This document shows positions 8,304 through 18,645 of a DNA stretch of 64,000 bases, piece by piece. Every line of letters begins with the position of its first letter. Position 1 is the stretch's first letter. The notes under the pieces are model-generated. The model did no database searches, was not told the DNA's origin, and saw only the letters and a program-made list of their open reading frames with translations. The translations under genes were made by a program, and so were the position numbers. The stretch comes from an uncultured Desulfarculus sp. (lineage in GTDB: Bacteria > Desulfobacterota > Desulfarculia > Desulfarculales > Desulfarculaceae): assembly GCA_963665125.2 (NCBI GenBank), contig CAXXUK010000001.1, positions 3,040,001-3,104,000 on the forward strand, given 5' to 3'.

Positions 8304-8445
8304 ATTTCACCTCCAAAACAAGGCCTCACCATGGGCCCGCTCAACCATTATGCCTTTTTCAGGCGGCCAAACACCGGGCCCCATCGTATTCTCGGCCGCG
8401 AAGGCTGTCAAACAGCCTCTTTGCATCGGCAGGAAAGATAGTTAA

Positions 8446-10923
8446 ATGCCGGGCAGGATCATTCGCAAATTACGCGGTCTGCCGGTGGGTTACAGGCTGG
8501 GCCTGACGTTTCTGACCTTGGCGGTTCTGGTGGCTGTATCAATCATCGGCGTCACCCACGAAATGGCCAAACAGTTCATCATCGGCAGCCTGGAAACCAG
8601 GCTGGAACGCGAACTGTCCTACATAAAGGGCCATATCCGCAGTAATGATCCTTCCAAAGTCGAAGATTCCCTGTTGGAAATAATGGTTATTTTTTCGCCC
8701 GGCCGGGCGCCGGGACAGGGTTTTTCCTACTTAATCGATTCCAAAGGCCGAACCATTCTTCCGGAGTTGTACCATGGAGCAGTCATCCCTTCGGAAAAGG
8801 CCTTGGCCGGTCTGGCAGCCAAAAGCAACGGCTTTGAATCCGCATCCATCAATGGTGAATTGTACTGGTTCAAATTTGAAAAAGAACCTGTTACAGGCAA
8901 TATCCTCGTCGCGCAAATAGCCGACAAGGATGTTTCGGCCATTTTCAACCGGCTGCGCATGGTGCTGGTTACATTGGCCATCGCCCTGGGCACCGCCATG
9001 GCCCTTTTCGCCATATTCATAACCAACCGCAGCATCACCCGGCCCCTGCGCCGGCTGACCGCCGATGCGGAACGGGTCACCGCCGGAGACATGACCCCGC
9101 CGGAGGTGCTGAGCCGTCATGACGAGTTGGGCCGCTTGTCCCGTTCCCTGCGCAAGATGACCATTGCCTCGCTGGAAATGATCCAGCACGTCGAAAACAA
9201 TGAAAAACGTTTCCGCAGGCTGTTCTCCGACACCAGGGACGCCGCATTCATAATAGACAGCAACAACCATGTGACCGACCTGAACCCGGCGGGCATGCGC
9301 ATTTTCGGGATGAAAAACAGCGAAGATTACACGGGCATGACCACCGACTTTTTCTTCGCTGACACCGGGCAATGGCATCAGTATCTCGAAAAGCTCCTGG
9401 AAAACGGTTTTGTCCAAAATTATCCGGTCACGCTCAAACGCATGGACGGCGAGGCATTTGACGCCCTGGTAACGGTCACCAGCCGCGGCGAAGGCCGGGG
9501 GAGCTTCGGCCTACTCCGGGACGTCACCGAGATGCGCAGGGCCGAGGCCGAAATAAAGGCCAGCGAGGCACGCTACCGCCGCCTGGTGGAAAACGCCCCC
9601 AGCATCGTCTATCGCTGGTCCATCAAGGACCGCCGCTTTGAATACGTCAACAACACGGTATTCCGGATTACCGGCCGTACCCCGGACGAAATCATCAAAA
9701 GCAATGACATATTGATCAATGCCATTCCCCTGGATGTTCGCACCCAGACCCTGAAGCACTGGTTCGATCAGATGGAGGGCAAGCCGCCGGATATCCGCGA
9801 ACAACAATTCGCCCTGGAAGACCGCTACGGCGGCATCCACTGGATCATGGAACGAGCCATCACCGTGCGGGACGAAAACGGCGCACCGGCCTATCTTGAA
9901 GGCATCGGCACGGAAATAACCCGGCGCAAGCTGCTGGAAGAAGCCCTGCACCAGGGTCAACGCATGACCGAAAACACCCTGGCCGGCCTGCCCGTTCCAG
10001 TCATGGTTTTGGACCGTGAGCATAGGGTGGTCCATTGGAACCGGGCCATGGAGCGCCTTACCGGCATGCCCAGCCAAAAGGTCGTCGGTACGCGGCGTCA
10101 ATGGCAGCCTTTTTACGACCAGCAGCGCCCCACCCTGGCCGACCTGGTTTTGGCCGGCAATTATGAAGGCCTGGAGAAGTATTTCGGCGACAAGGGCCTC
10201 AAGCGCTCGGCATTGGTCGAAGGCAGCGTTGAATGCGAGGACTATTTCTGGGGCGATTCAGGCCAGGGACGCCATTTGTACATCAGCGCCGCGCCGATCA
10301 CCGACGAAAGCGGAAAAACAATCCGGGCCGTTGAAACCTTCATAGACATTACCGACCAGAAAAACCTTGAGCAGGAACTCAGGCTGATCTCAATAACCGA
10401 CGAATTGACAGGGCTTTACAACAAGCGCTTTTTCCACGCCACTCTTCTGCGCGAAATGGAAATGGCCCGCAGGTTTGAGCTGCCCCTGAGTTTATTGATG
10501 ATGGACCTGGATTTATTCAAGGATTACAACGATACTTATGGACACCTTGAGGGTGACAAGGCCCTGGCCAGGTTGGCCAACGAGGTGCGGTTGGTCGTCA
10601 GGGCGACTGATTTGCCATGCCGTTACGGCGGCGAGGAGTTCGCCGTGCTGCTGCCGCGCACTGATATCGATGAAGCGCTCAAGGTGGCCGAAAGGCTCAG
10701 GGCGTCCATTGAGGATATGGAACTTTGGCCCTTGCTTGAAGGCGGCAAACGCTCAAGGCGCACCATTACGGTGAGTATCGGCGCTGACCAACTGACCAAT
10801 GGAATGGACCAGGATCAATTTATTCGGTCGGCGGACCGGGCTCTTTACGACGCAAAGCAAAACGGACGCAACAAGGTTTGCCAGGCCAAGTCCACAACAC
10901 AACTGGGGCTGCAGCTTTCATAA
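8446..10923 (+). CDS. Membrane diguanylate cyclase (TM-HAMP-PASx3-GGDEF)
   Basis: Two TM segments, HAMP (DELGRLS), PAS folds, FKDYNDTYGH, RATD I-site and RYGGEEF. Confidence 0.92.
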   Translation: MPGRIIRKLRGLPVGYRLGLTFLTLAVLVAVSIIGVTHEMAKQFIIGSLETRLERELSYIKGHIRSNDPSKVEDSLLEIMVIFSPGRAPGQGFSYLIDSKGRTILPELYHGAVIPSEKALAGLAAKSNGFESASINGELYWFKFEKEPVTGNILVAQIADKDVSAIFNRLRMVLVTLAIALGTAMALFAIFITNRSITRPLRRLTADAERVTAGDMTPPEVLSRHDELGRLSRSLRKMTIASLEMIQHVENNEKRFRRLFSDTRDAAFIIDSNNHVTDLNPAGMRIFGMKNSEDYTGMTTDFFFADTGQWHQYLEKLLENGFVQNYPVTLKRMDGEAFDALVTVTSRGEGRGSFGLLRDVTEMRRAEAEIKASEARYRRLVENAPSIVYRWSIKDRRFEYVNNTVFRITGRTPDEIIKSNDILINAIPLDVRTQTLKHWFDQMEGKPPDIREQQFALEDRYGGIHWIMERAITVRDENGAPAYLEGIGTEITRRKLLEEALHQGQRMTENTLAGLPVPVMVLDREHRVVHWNRAMERLTGMPSQKVVGTRRQWQPFYDQQRPTLADLVLAGNYEGLEKYFGDKGLKRSALVEGSVECEDYFWGDSGQGRHLYISAAPITDESGKTIRAVETFIDITDQKNLEQELRLISITDELTGLYNKRFFHATLLREMEMARRFELPLSLLMMDLDLFKDYNDTYGHLEGDKALARLANEVRLVVRATDLPCRYGGEEFAVLLPRTDIDEALKVAERLRASIEDMELWPLLEGGKRSRRTITVSIGADQLTNGMDQDQFIRSADRALYDAKQNGRNKVCQAKSTTQLGLQLS

Positions 10924-10956
10924 AATTGGTGGCAGCCAAACATCGATTTTGAAAAT

Positions 10957-12261
10957 GTGTGGCAAAATATGATCAACGATAAAGACGTCTCGATTTTCAG
11001 CATGGTCTCGTGCCTTTCCAATGCCCTGGACCTGGTGAGCCCGGCAGTGGCCCATCACCAGAAACGCACTGCATACATCGCCGCCGCCATCGGCCAAAAA
11101 ATGGGTTACGCCAGCGAGTTGCTGTCCTGGGTCATTTTGGCGGCAATGCTGCACGACTGCGGGGCCATGTCTCTTCAACACAAGCTCGACGCCCTGGATT
11201 TCGATTTTGATCTGGGAGACCCACACCACCATGCCGAAGTCGGGTACAAGTTTCTAATCAAGCTGGACAACCTTTTTCAGAATCCCAACCCGGTGACCAT
11301 TTCTAGCATGGTGCGCCACCATCACGTTAACTGGCAGAACGGCCAGGGCCGACGGTTCAGGGACCGCATCGTGGCAATGGAAAGCCATCTGATCCACTTG
11401 GCCGACAGGGTCGAGGTGTTGTGCAAGCGGGGGCGTCACCCCTTGGACCAGATCGACAACATCTGCGCCAAGATAGACAAGGCCTCGGGGACGGTGTTCG
11501 TGCCGGAGATGGTGGAGGCGTTCAAGCAGGTGGCCGTGCGCGAGTCGTTCTGGTTGAGCCTCGGCTATCCCAACGAGGTCGAATACTATCTGGAAAAAAC
11601 CACCGGACCAGCCGGGGCGGTGGGCAGCGATAACAAACTGTTAATCAGCGCCGCCGAAATCATTGCCGAGGTGGTGGACTTCCGAAGCCCCTTCACCGCA
11701 ACCCACTCCAGCGGCGTGGCCAAGGTGGCCCAGCAGATGGCCGCCATCGCTGGTTTTTCCAAAACCCAGTGCCTGATGATGGGCATAGCCGGCTCATTAC
11801 ACGATATGGGCAAGCTGGCGGTGCCATCGGAGATCTTGGACAAGCCTGGTTTGCTGGAACCGGCGGAGATGAGCATCATTAAAACCCACCCGTATCATAC
11901 CTACAGGCTGCTGAGGCCCTTCACCGGCATGAAGGAAATCGCCCAATGGGCGGCCTATCACCACGAAACAATGGACGGCTCGGGCTATCCCTTCCGACTA
12001 GGCTCCGATGATCTGCCCCTGGGCTCCCGGATTATCGCGGCGGCCGACATCTACACGGCCCTGACCGAAGACAGGCCATACCGTCAAGGTTTGTCCCGAG
12101 AAAAGGCCCTGGCCATCATCAAGGAGATGGCCAAGGCCGAAAAGCTTGACAAGCTTGTCGTGTCCCTGCTGCGCGAAAACGTGGACCAGATCGATGCCGC
12201 CAGGGTTCAAGCCCAGGATCAGCGGGTCAGGGATTACAACATTCTTCTCTCGGCAGCCTAA
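10957..12261 (+). CDS. HD-GYP domain phosphodiesterase with two HD domains
   Basis: LHDCG; THSSGVA, LHDMGK, HHETMDGSGYP and DRPYR motifs; start may be 10969. Confidence 0.9.
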   Translation: MWQNMINDKDVSIFSMVSCLSNALDLVSPAVAHHQKRTAYIAAAIGQKMGYASELLSWVILAAMLHDCGAMSLQHKLDALDFDFDLGDPHHHAEVGYKFLIKLDNLFQNPNPVTISSMVRHHHVNWQNGQGRRFRDRIVAMESHLIHLADRVEVLCKRGRHPLDQIDNICAKIDKASGTVFVPEMVEAFKQVAVRESFWLSLGYPNEVEYYLEKTTGPAGAVGSDNKLLISAAEIIAEVVDFRSPFTATHSSGVAKVAQQMAAIAGFSKTQCLMMGIAGSLHDMGKLAVPSEILDKPGLLEPAEMSIIKTHPYHTYRLLRPFTGMKEIAQWAAYHHETMDGSGYPFRLGSDDLPLGSRIIAAADIYTALTEDRPYRQGLSREKALAIIKEMAKAEKLDKLVVSLLRENVDQIDAARVQAQDQRVRDYNILLSAA

Positions 12262-12267
12262 ACCGGC

Positions 12268-12951
12268 CTATTGGCCGGACGTCTTGTCGCGGTAGGGGAA
12301 CCGCTGCATCACGTACTCAAGTCCGATCCCCGCGAATTGCCGCGCCGAGAACCACTGGATGCCGTGCCGAAGGTATTCGCCCAAGTTGAGCCAGTTGTCG
12401 GTGAGCGGCTTCTGAGTCTCGTCCCAACTGCCGGTCCAAATCAAAGAACCGTCTTCCGAAAGCACCAGGGCCAACTCGAAAGTCACCGCGGCGGGTTGTT
12501 CGGCCGAGGCGGCGCTGCCCACCCTCTCACGCCAGCGGTAGATGGCGCCCAAAAGCACTGCATCAACATTGAGCCTTCGGCCCAGCTTGGCAATGTCTTC
12601 GCGCTTGGCCAGCCAGACATCGCGGCCGATCATATCCCTTGCCACCAGGCCGGTCTGGTCAGCCGGCACGAAAGGTATGCTGGTTGTCTTGCGAAGCTGT
12701 TGTTCCAGCAGGTTGTTCATGACGTTGACGGCGTCGGGAGGTACGGTGCTGGAGGCGAAACAGCCGCCGGTAATGGCGCAGGTGGCCGCCGGAGCGTCGG
12801 CGGTGTCGGGCTGGGCGATGATAAAGGGCATCACCGCGAATTTGTCTATCTTGGCCGGAACCCTGCCGGATTGGGCCATGGCGACCCCGCAGGTAAAGAC
12901 AAACACCACGGCCAATACGGCAAAAACCAACTTCGCACTGTTTCTTGGCAT
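12268..12951 (-). CDS. Exported protein with TolB-N/CsgG-like fold
   Basis: Signal peptide ending VAMA; FAVMPF, LGRRLNVDAVLLG and DGSLIW pattern. Confidence 0.65.
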   Translation of the reverse strand: MPRNSAKLVFAVLAVVFVFTCGVAMAQSGRVPAKIDKFAVMPFIIAQPDTADAPAATCAITGGCFASSTVPPDAVNVMNNLLEQQLRKTTSIPFVPADQTGLVARDMIGRDVWLAKREDIAKLGRRLNVDAVLLGAIYRWRERVGSAASAEQPAAVTFELALVLSEDGSLIWTGSWDETQKPLTDNWLNLGEYLRHGIQWFSARQFAGIGLEYVMQRFPYRDKTSGQ

Positions 12952-13210
12952 TTTCAGTTTCCCTTCCCGATTGAAAACGGCTTTCCCTTGCCGAAAGGCC
13001 GCCTTGGATGCGCTCAGGCCTTCATTGTAGGTCAACGAGGCTCCAGCACCAAGCTTCATGGACGATCCGCCACTTTTTTAACCTCTGGGTTTAAATTATT
13101 TAGCATTTTTCCGCAAGCCCGGACTGACTTGGTTATTATTAATATAGATTACGGTTATTTGCGCGGTTGCATTTTTTTGCGGATCGATATGACCCGGCAA
13201 AGCAGGATAC

Positions 13211-15163
13211 ATGGGCGATAACACTAAAAATTTGAAAACCCGGATTTGGGAATTCCTAAAGCTGTTCATCCCATTGGCTCTTGTCCTTGTGGCCTTTGTG
13301 GGCTTTTTGGCCAACGGAAAGGCCAAAGGGGAAAACGAACGGCTCAAAGCGGATGAACGAAATCTGGTGCAGGTTGAAAAACACGTTTGTGAAACAGATT
13401 TGGCCGCCCACGTCGCCGATGCCGCTTTTCTGGCCTCGGCGGTGAGCCTCTTGTTGCCCAAGGGCGACAGCACCGACCTGGCCAACCTGAAAATAGCCAA
13501 CATTTTTTACGATTTCGCCAAAAGGTGTAACGTCTACTCCCAACTGCGCATTCTTGACGAATTCGGCATTGAAAGGCTTAGGGTCAACTGCCAGCCCGGA
13601 AGCATAACCTTCGCCTCCACCAAGGAGCTTCAGACCAAGACCCACAGCGAATATTTTTTGCATGGCTTGTCAATAGAACCAGGCGCGGTTTATGTATCGC
13701 CCATCGAACTGAACCGGGAAAGCGGCAGGTTGGAGGTCCCCTTCAATCCCACCTTGCGCCTGGCCAGCCCTATAACCGACCCCCAGGGACGCACCACCGG
13801 CCTGGTTGTGCTCAATTTCAAAGGCTCGGCCCTGTTTGACCGCATGCGCCAGGCCGCCGGTTATTCATCGGGTCAGATACTGCTGGTCAACAATGAGGGA
13901 TATTGGCTCATCGGTCCGGATCCGTCCCTGGAGTGGGGGCATTCGATTCCGGAACGCATGGCCCATAATTTTTCCGCGATTCACCCCCGGGCCTGGTCCC
14001 GAATTCAAAAGCAATCCCAGGGGCAGTTTATTACCGACGGTGGTCTGTTCACCTTTGCCAGTTTGCGGATTCAAAACAGGCCAAAGTCTTATGTGGTCAT
14101 ACGCACCGGCGCCTCGGGAGCTCCGATAATCATCAGCCTTGTTCCCGAATCCGAGCTTGCCGCGCCGTGGACGGGGCAGGTCGTATTCGGCACGGTTTTT
14201 TCGTTGTTGGTTTTAGCCATTGTTTGTTGGTTTTGGGCGCAGTCACGGGTAACCCGGCAAACCATCGAAGAAAACCTGCGCAACCGGGACAATATGCTCA
14301 CGGCGGTCAGCCTGTCTACCAGGGACGCCATTGTTGAAATAGACTGTCACGACAAAATACTGTTCTGGAGCAAGGCCGCTGAAGACATGTTCGGCTACAC
14401 CGAGGAGGAAGCCCGCCAAGGGAGGTTCCATGAGTTGATAGCCCCGGAACAGTACCACGAGGCCATCGCAAAGGGCATGGACAGGTTTGCCCAAACCGGA
14501 CGCGGGGTCGTCTTTGGGGGGCGTAGCGAGTTTACGGTAAAACGCAAAGACGGGTCCGAGTTGTCCGTGGAAGTGGAGGTCGTCCCCTTGTTGGATGGCG
14601 GCCACTGGCGGGCGGTGGGCGGCCTTCGCGATATCACCAAACGCAAGCTGGCCGAAAAACGGCTGAGGGAAATGGCCACCACCGACGCCTTGACCGGACT
14701 GGCCAACAGACGATTTTTTACCGAGTTGGCCCAGGCCGAGATAAACCGCACCAACCGCTACGGCGGACCGGTTTCGATGATTATGTTTGACGTTGACCGC
14801 TTCAAAAAGGTCAACGACACATTTGGCCATGACGTCGGCGACGAAGTCCTCAAGGCCCTATGCCAGACTGCCGCGAAAAACATTCGTGATGTAGATTTGT
14901 TGGGCCGCATCGGCGGCGAGGAATTCGCCGTGCTTCTTCCGGAGACCGGCTCCGGGGCCGCCGCGGAGGTGGCCGAACGCCTGCGGGCGGCCGTTGAAAA
15001 GGCCACCGCCCACACCACGGCCGGTGAAATAGGCTTCACCATCAGTCTGGGCGTCACCACCTGCGGGGGAGAACAGGCCGATCTGGCCAAGATGCTCAAA
15101 ACCGCCGACGACGCCATGTACCAGGCCAAAAACGACGGCCGCAATCTTGTGCGCGTGGCGTGA
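13211..15163 (+). CDS. Membrane diguanylate cyclase (Cache-like sensor, PAS, GGDEF)
   Basis: Two TMs, PAS, FKKVNDTFGH, RDVD I-site and RIGGEEF. Confidence 0.92.
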   Translation: MGDNTKNLKTRIWEFLKLFIPLALVLVAFVGFLANGKAKGENERLKADERNLVQVEKHVCETDLAAHVADAAFLASAVSLLLPKGDSTDLANLKIANIFYDFAKRCNVYSQLRILDEFGIERLRVNCQPGSITFASTKELQTKTHSEYFLHGLSIEPGAVYVSPIELNRESGRLEVPFNPTLRLASPITDPQGRTTGLVVLNFKGSALFDRMRQAAGYSSGQILLVNNEGYWLIGPDPSLEWGHSIPERMAHNFSAIHPRAWSRIQKQSQGQFITDGGLFTFASLRIQNRPKSYVVIRTGASGAPIIISLVPESELAAPWTGQVVFGTVFSLLVLAIVCWFWAQSRVTRQTIEENLRNRDNMLTAVSLSTRDAIVEIDCHDKILFWSKAAEDMFGYTEEEARQGRFHELIAPEQYHEAIAKGMDRFAQTGRGVVFGGRSEFTVKRKDGSELSVEVEVVPLLDGGHWRAVGGLRDITKRKLAEKRLREMATTDALTGLANRRFFTELAQAEINRTNRYGGPVSMIMFDVDRFKKVNDTFGHDVGDEVLKALCQTAAKNIRDVDLLGRIGGEEFAVLLPETGSGAAAEVAERLRAAVEKATAHTTAGEIGFTISLGVTTCGGEQADLAKMLKTADDAMYQAKNDGRNLVRVA

Positions 15164-15221
15164 CCGGCAGATCAGTTGTCTACTTGCTCCAATCGTGCGA
15201 CTGTGCTAGATTTTTCCAGCC

Positions 15222-15809
15222 ATGAGCAGCCAAAAGAAGACCGACGCATATTACAACAAGGCCAAGCGCGAAGGCTATGCCGCCCGCAGCGTGTATAAGT
15301 TGCAGGACATGGACAAACGCTATGGCCTCATGCGCCCGGGCCAGCGGGTTCTGGATTTCGGCTGTCATCCCGGATCATGGCTGCAATACGCGGCCAACCG
15401 GGTGGGGGCCAAGGGCTTGGTGGTGGGTCTGGACCTCCAGGAGCCCACGGTGAGCCTGCCCCCATGGGGCCATTTTGTCCAGGCGGACGTGCTGGAGATC
15501 ACGCCGGAAGATCTACTCGCGTTTTCACCGGCCTATGATCTGGTGCTAAGCGATGTGGCCCCCCGGACCACCGGCGTGCGTCACGCCGACGAGGCCCGCA
15601 GCCTGGAAATGCTGGAGGCCGTTCTGGATTTGGCCCTGGCGCTGTTGGAGCCAGGCGGGTCGTTTTTGGCCAAGGTTTACCAGGGACCAGGCGTGGATGA
15701 CGTAATCCACCGGGTCAAGGGCGCCTTCAAGCTGGGCAAGGGGCATAAACCGGCCGCATCCAAATCGGCCAGCAAGGAAATATATATTCTGGGCCGCGAA
15801 AAAAAATAA
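15222..15809 (+). CDS. rlmE: 23S rRNA Um2552 methyltransferase RlmE/FtsJ
   Basis: AKREGYAARSVYKL, LDFGCHPGSW, VLSDVAP, K and SKEIY motifs. Confidence 0.92.
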   Translation: MSSQKKTDAYYNKAKREGYAARSVYKLQDMDKRYGLMRPGQRVLDFGCHPGSWLQYAANRVGAKGLVVGLDLQEPTVSLPPWGHFVQADVLEITPEDLLAFSPAYDLVLSDVAPRTTGVRHADEARSLEMLEAVLDLALALLEPGGSFLAKVYQGPGVDDVIHRVKGAFKLGKGHKPAASKSASKEIYILGREKK

Positions 15810-15848
15810 CGCCACCGGCCCACGAGTTTCGAATATTAGGAGGGTAGC

Positions 15849-16601
15849 ATGAGCGGTCACTCCAAGTGGAGCACCATCAAGCGCAAGAAAGGCGCAGCCG
15901 ACGCAAAGCGCGGCAAGATATTCACCAGGCTGATGAAGGAAATCACCGTCGCGGCCAAGATGGGCGGCGGCGATATCGACGGCAACCCCCGTCTGCGCAC
16001 CGCAGTACTGGCGGCCAAAGCCCAGAACATGCCCAAGGACAACATCCAAAAGGCCATCGACAAGGGCACGGGGTCTTTGGAAGGCGTCAACTACGACGAG
16101 ATCACCTACGAAGGTTACGGCATCGGCGGCGTGGCCTTTATCGTGGAGTGCCTCACCGACAACAAAAACCGCGCGGCCGCAGAAGTGCGCCACATCTTCA
16201 ACAAGCGCGGCGGCTCCCTGGCCAAAAGCGGCGCGGTGGCCTACATGTTCGAGGCCAAGGGCATCTTCACCTTTGACAAAGAGGCCATCGAGGAAGACCA
16301 GCTCATGGAAGTGGCCTTGGAAGCCGGTGCCGATGACGTCACCGATGAAGGCGATGTCTGGCAGGTGACCTGCGCGCCCACGGACTTCAACGGCGTTGGC
16401 GCCGCGTTCGAGGAAGCGGGCCTGGCCCCGGCCAGCGCCGAGGTGACCAAGATCGCCTCCACCACCGTGGACATCACCGACAAGGCCGACGCCAGCAAGG
16501 TGCTCAGCCTCTTCGAGGCCCTGGATGACGCCGACGACGTTCAAAACGTCTACTCCAACTTTGACATCGACGACGACGTAATGGCCGAGTTGGAGGACTA
16601 G
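15849..16601 (+). CDS. yebC: YebC/PmpR family protein
   Basis: MSGHSKWSTIKRKK, YEGYG, TDNKNR and DDVQNVYSN motifs. Confidence 0.96.
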   Translation: MSGHSKWSTIKRKKGAADAKRGKIFTRLMKEITVAAKMGGGDIDGNPRLRTAVLAAKAQNMPKDNIQKAIDKGTGSLEGVNYDEITYEGYGIGGVAFIVECLTDNKNRAAAEVRHIFNKRGGSLAKSGAVAYMFEAKGIFTFDKEAIEEDQLMEVALEAGADDVTDEGDVWQVTCAPTDFNGVGAAFEEAGLAPASAEVTKIASTTVDITDKADASKVLSLFEALDDADDVQNVYSNFDIDDDVMAELED

Positions 16602-16604
16602 GTT

Positions 16605-17111
16605 TTGGTTGATGCGCCCCTGCGGCTGATGGGCCTGGACCCTGGCTCCCAGCGCACGGGCTATGGAATCATCCAGGCCGGAGACAGGAGCAAGCCCGAA
16701 CTGGTTGCCGCCGGGGTCATCAGCGCCCCGGCCAAACAGCCCATGGAAAGGCGCCTCCAAAAGATATACCGGGAGCTGCGCGAGGTAATCGCCTCGCACC
16801 GGCCACAAGAAATGGCCGTGGAGGGAGTGTTCGCCGCCAAGAACGCCCGCACGGCCATTATGCTTGGCCAGGCCAGGGGCGTGGCCCTTTTGGCAGGGGC
16901 CCAGGACGGGCTGGAGGTCTTTGAGTATCCGCCGGCTTCGGTGAAGATGGCCCTGGTGGGCACGGGACGGGCCACCAAGGAACAGGTGCAGATGATGGTA
17001 AAGGCCATGCTCAACACCACGGCGCGGCTTCCGCTGGACGCCTCCGACGCCCTGGCCCTGGCCATCTGCCATCTGCAGAGCCGCAAACTCCTGGCCAAGG
17101 GGCTCAAATGA
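16605..17111 (+). CDS. ruvC: Holliday junction resolvase RuvC
   Basis: GLDPGSQRTGYG, AVE, LGQARG, GRATKEQV and DASDALALAICH motifs. Confidence 0.96.
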   Translation: MVDAPLRLMGLDPGSQRTGYGIIQAGDRSKPELVAAGVISAPAKQPMERRLQKIYRELREVIASHRPQEMAVEGVFAAKNARTAIMLGQARGVALLAGAQDGLEVFEYPPASVKMALVGTGRATKEQVQMMVKAMLNTTARLPLDASDALALAICHLQSRKLLAKGLK

Positions 17112-17701
17112 TCGCCAGCATCCGCGGACACATCCTGGCCAGACGGCCCGATCACGTGGTCATCGACGTGGGCGGCGTGGGCTACCGGGTGTTCGTGTCA
17201 ATCGACGCCTTTTGCCGTCTGCCCAACAACGGCGAAATCCACCTTTTCACCCACACCATCGTCCGCGACGACGCCATCCATCTCTACGGTTTCATGACCG
17301 AACGTGAATGGGAGGCCTTCCGCCTGCTGGTGGGTGTCAGCGGCGTGGGGCCAAAGCTGGCCATGGGCATCTTGAGCGGCATCCCTGTGGATGAATTATG
17401 GGCCGCGGTGCGCTCCGGCGATGCTGCCCGCCTGGCCAAGACGCCGGGCGTGGGCAAAAAAACCGCCGGACGCCTGGTGGTGGACCTGGCCGGGCGCCTG
17501 CCCAAGCAAGAGGACGCCGAGACCGCCGGAACCCCGACGGGAGGCATTTCGCCCGTTGTCGATGACGCCGTGGGCGCGCTGATGAATTTGGGATACCCGG
17601 AAGCAAAGGCCCAAAAGGCCGTGGACAAGGCCATGGCCGCCGCTGGTGACAACGCGGCCATAGAGGACGTGCTAAGGCTGGCCCTGAAAGAAATGGCCTG
17701 A
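17108..17701 (+). CDS. ruvA: Holliday junction branch migration protein RuvA
   Basis: MIASIRG, GVGY, VRDDAIHLYGF, VSGVGPK and PGVGKKTA motifs; ATGA overlap with ruvC. Confidence 0.96.
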   Translation: MIASIRGHILARRPDHVVIDVGGVGYRVFVSIDAFCRLPNNGEIHLFTHTIVRDDAIHLYGFMTEREWEAFRLLVGVSGVGPKLAMGILSGIPVDELWAAVRSGDAARLAKTPGVGKKTAGRLVVDLAGRLPKQEDAETAGTPTGGISPVVDDAVGALMNLGYPEAKAQKAVDKAMAAAGDNAAIEDVLRLALKEMA

Positions 17702-17764
17702 GCAGGTTGTCCTATATGGAAAATCACCTGCCGGACCGGCAACTAAACGAATGAGAGCCAACCC

Positions 17765-18400
17765 ATGAAAACAACGAGAAACATATTTATCATTGCCGCC
17801 CTGCTGCTGGGCCTGGCCCTGCCAAGCGCGGCATTGGCCGACGGCGTGGGCGGCCTGTGGCGCGCCGACAACGGCGATAAGATGGAGGTCCAGCCCGATC
17901 CCCAGAAGTTGATCATCACCGTTGTGCGGCAATATGGCCAAAGGGCCAAATTCGGCGGCTGGTGGACCACCCCGGGCCGCGCCTTCCAATTCAGGGTCCA
18001 GGGCCAAGGCCTGGTCAGCTGCGTATTGGACGAAGGCGATCCCAACATCATGCGCATGGAGTCGCGTCACGGCCCCAGCATTTGGCACCGCATGGAAACC
18101 CCGCCGCCCCCGCCGCCGCCACCCGGCCCCGAAGGCGCGACGCCGGCGGGCCTGTGGAAGTCCAATAACGGCAACAAAATCGATATATGGACCGACCCCC
18201 AAAAACTGGTCATCACCGTTGTTGGGCCCGGCGGCCAAAGGGCCAAATTCGGCGGCTGGTGGACCACCCCGGGCCGCGCCTTCCAATTCAGGGTCAAGGG
18301 CCAGGGTCTGGTCAGCTGCGTCATGGACGGAGGCAATCCCGACGCCATGATCGTGGAGACGCGCCACGGACGGGAAATCTGGCAGCGCATGCCCAGGTGA
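17765..18400 (+). CDS. Secreted protein with two tandem ~90-aa beta-rich repeats and a polyproline linker
   Basis: Signal peptide; repeats GLWRADNG...IWHRM and GLWKSNNG...IWQRM joined by TPPPPPPPPGP. Confidence 0.8.
   Translation: MKTTRNIFIIAALLLGLALPSAALADGVGGLWRADNGDKMEVQPDPQKLIITVVRQYGQRAKFGGWWTTPGRAFQFRVQGQGLVSCVLDEGDPNIMRMESRHGPSIWHRMETPPPPPPPPGPEGATPAGLWKSNNGNKIDIWTDPQKLVITVVGPGGQRAKFGGWWTTPGRAFQFRVKGQGLVSCVMDGGNPDAMIVETRHGREIWQRMPR
17936..18295 (+). repeat. 63-nt perfect intragenic direct repeat (17936-17998 and 18233-18295)
   Basis: GGCCAAAGGGCC...TTCAGGGTC is identical in both copies; offset 297 nt, or 99 codons. Confidence 0.9.
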
Positions 18401-18412
18401 CACTCAGAAAAC

Positions 18413-18449
18413 GAGCAATAGCGCCGCCATCGTATCGGCGCTATTGCTC
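18413..18449. terminator. 14-bp perfect inverted repeat after the repeat-protein gene
   Basis: GAGCAATAGCGCCG-N9-CGGCGCTATTGCTC. Confidence 0.6.
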
Positions 18450-18645
18450 TGTGCCGTTGCGTCCTCCGCCGACTTCAAATAAGGCCGCGATACATTTTTC
18501 AATAGCGACTAAGACATTGCCGAAAGCGATTTATCAGCGGAAGGGCGCTGCCATAACGACGTATGCCTGCCCGCCCTCAAGGAGATGGCCTCCACAACCC
18601 GACAACATGTATAAAAACATCAGCCCTGGGGGGAAGAGGAACAAC

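Noticed and set aside
18187..18645. N-terminal extension of the 361-aa ORF
   Set aside because: It overlaps the previous gene and a terminator; the signal peptide and RBS place the start at 18646.
18450..18645. Possible c-di-GMP-I riboswitch (contains GCCGAAAGCG)
   Set aside because: Lacks the GGCAAA...GACGCAAAG core.
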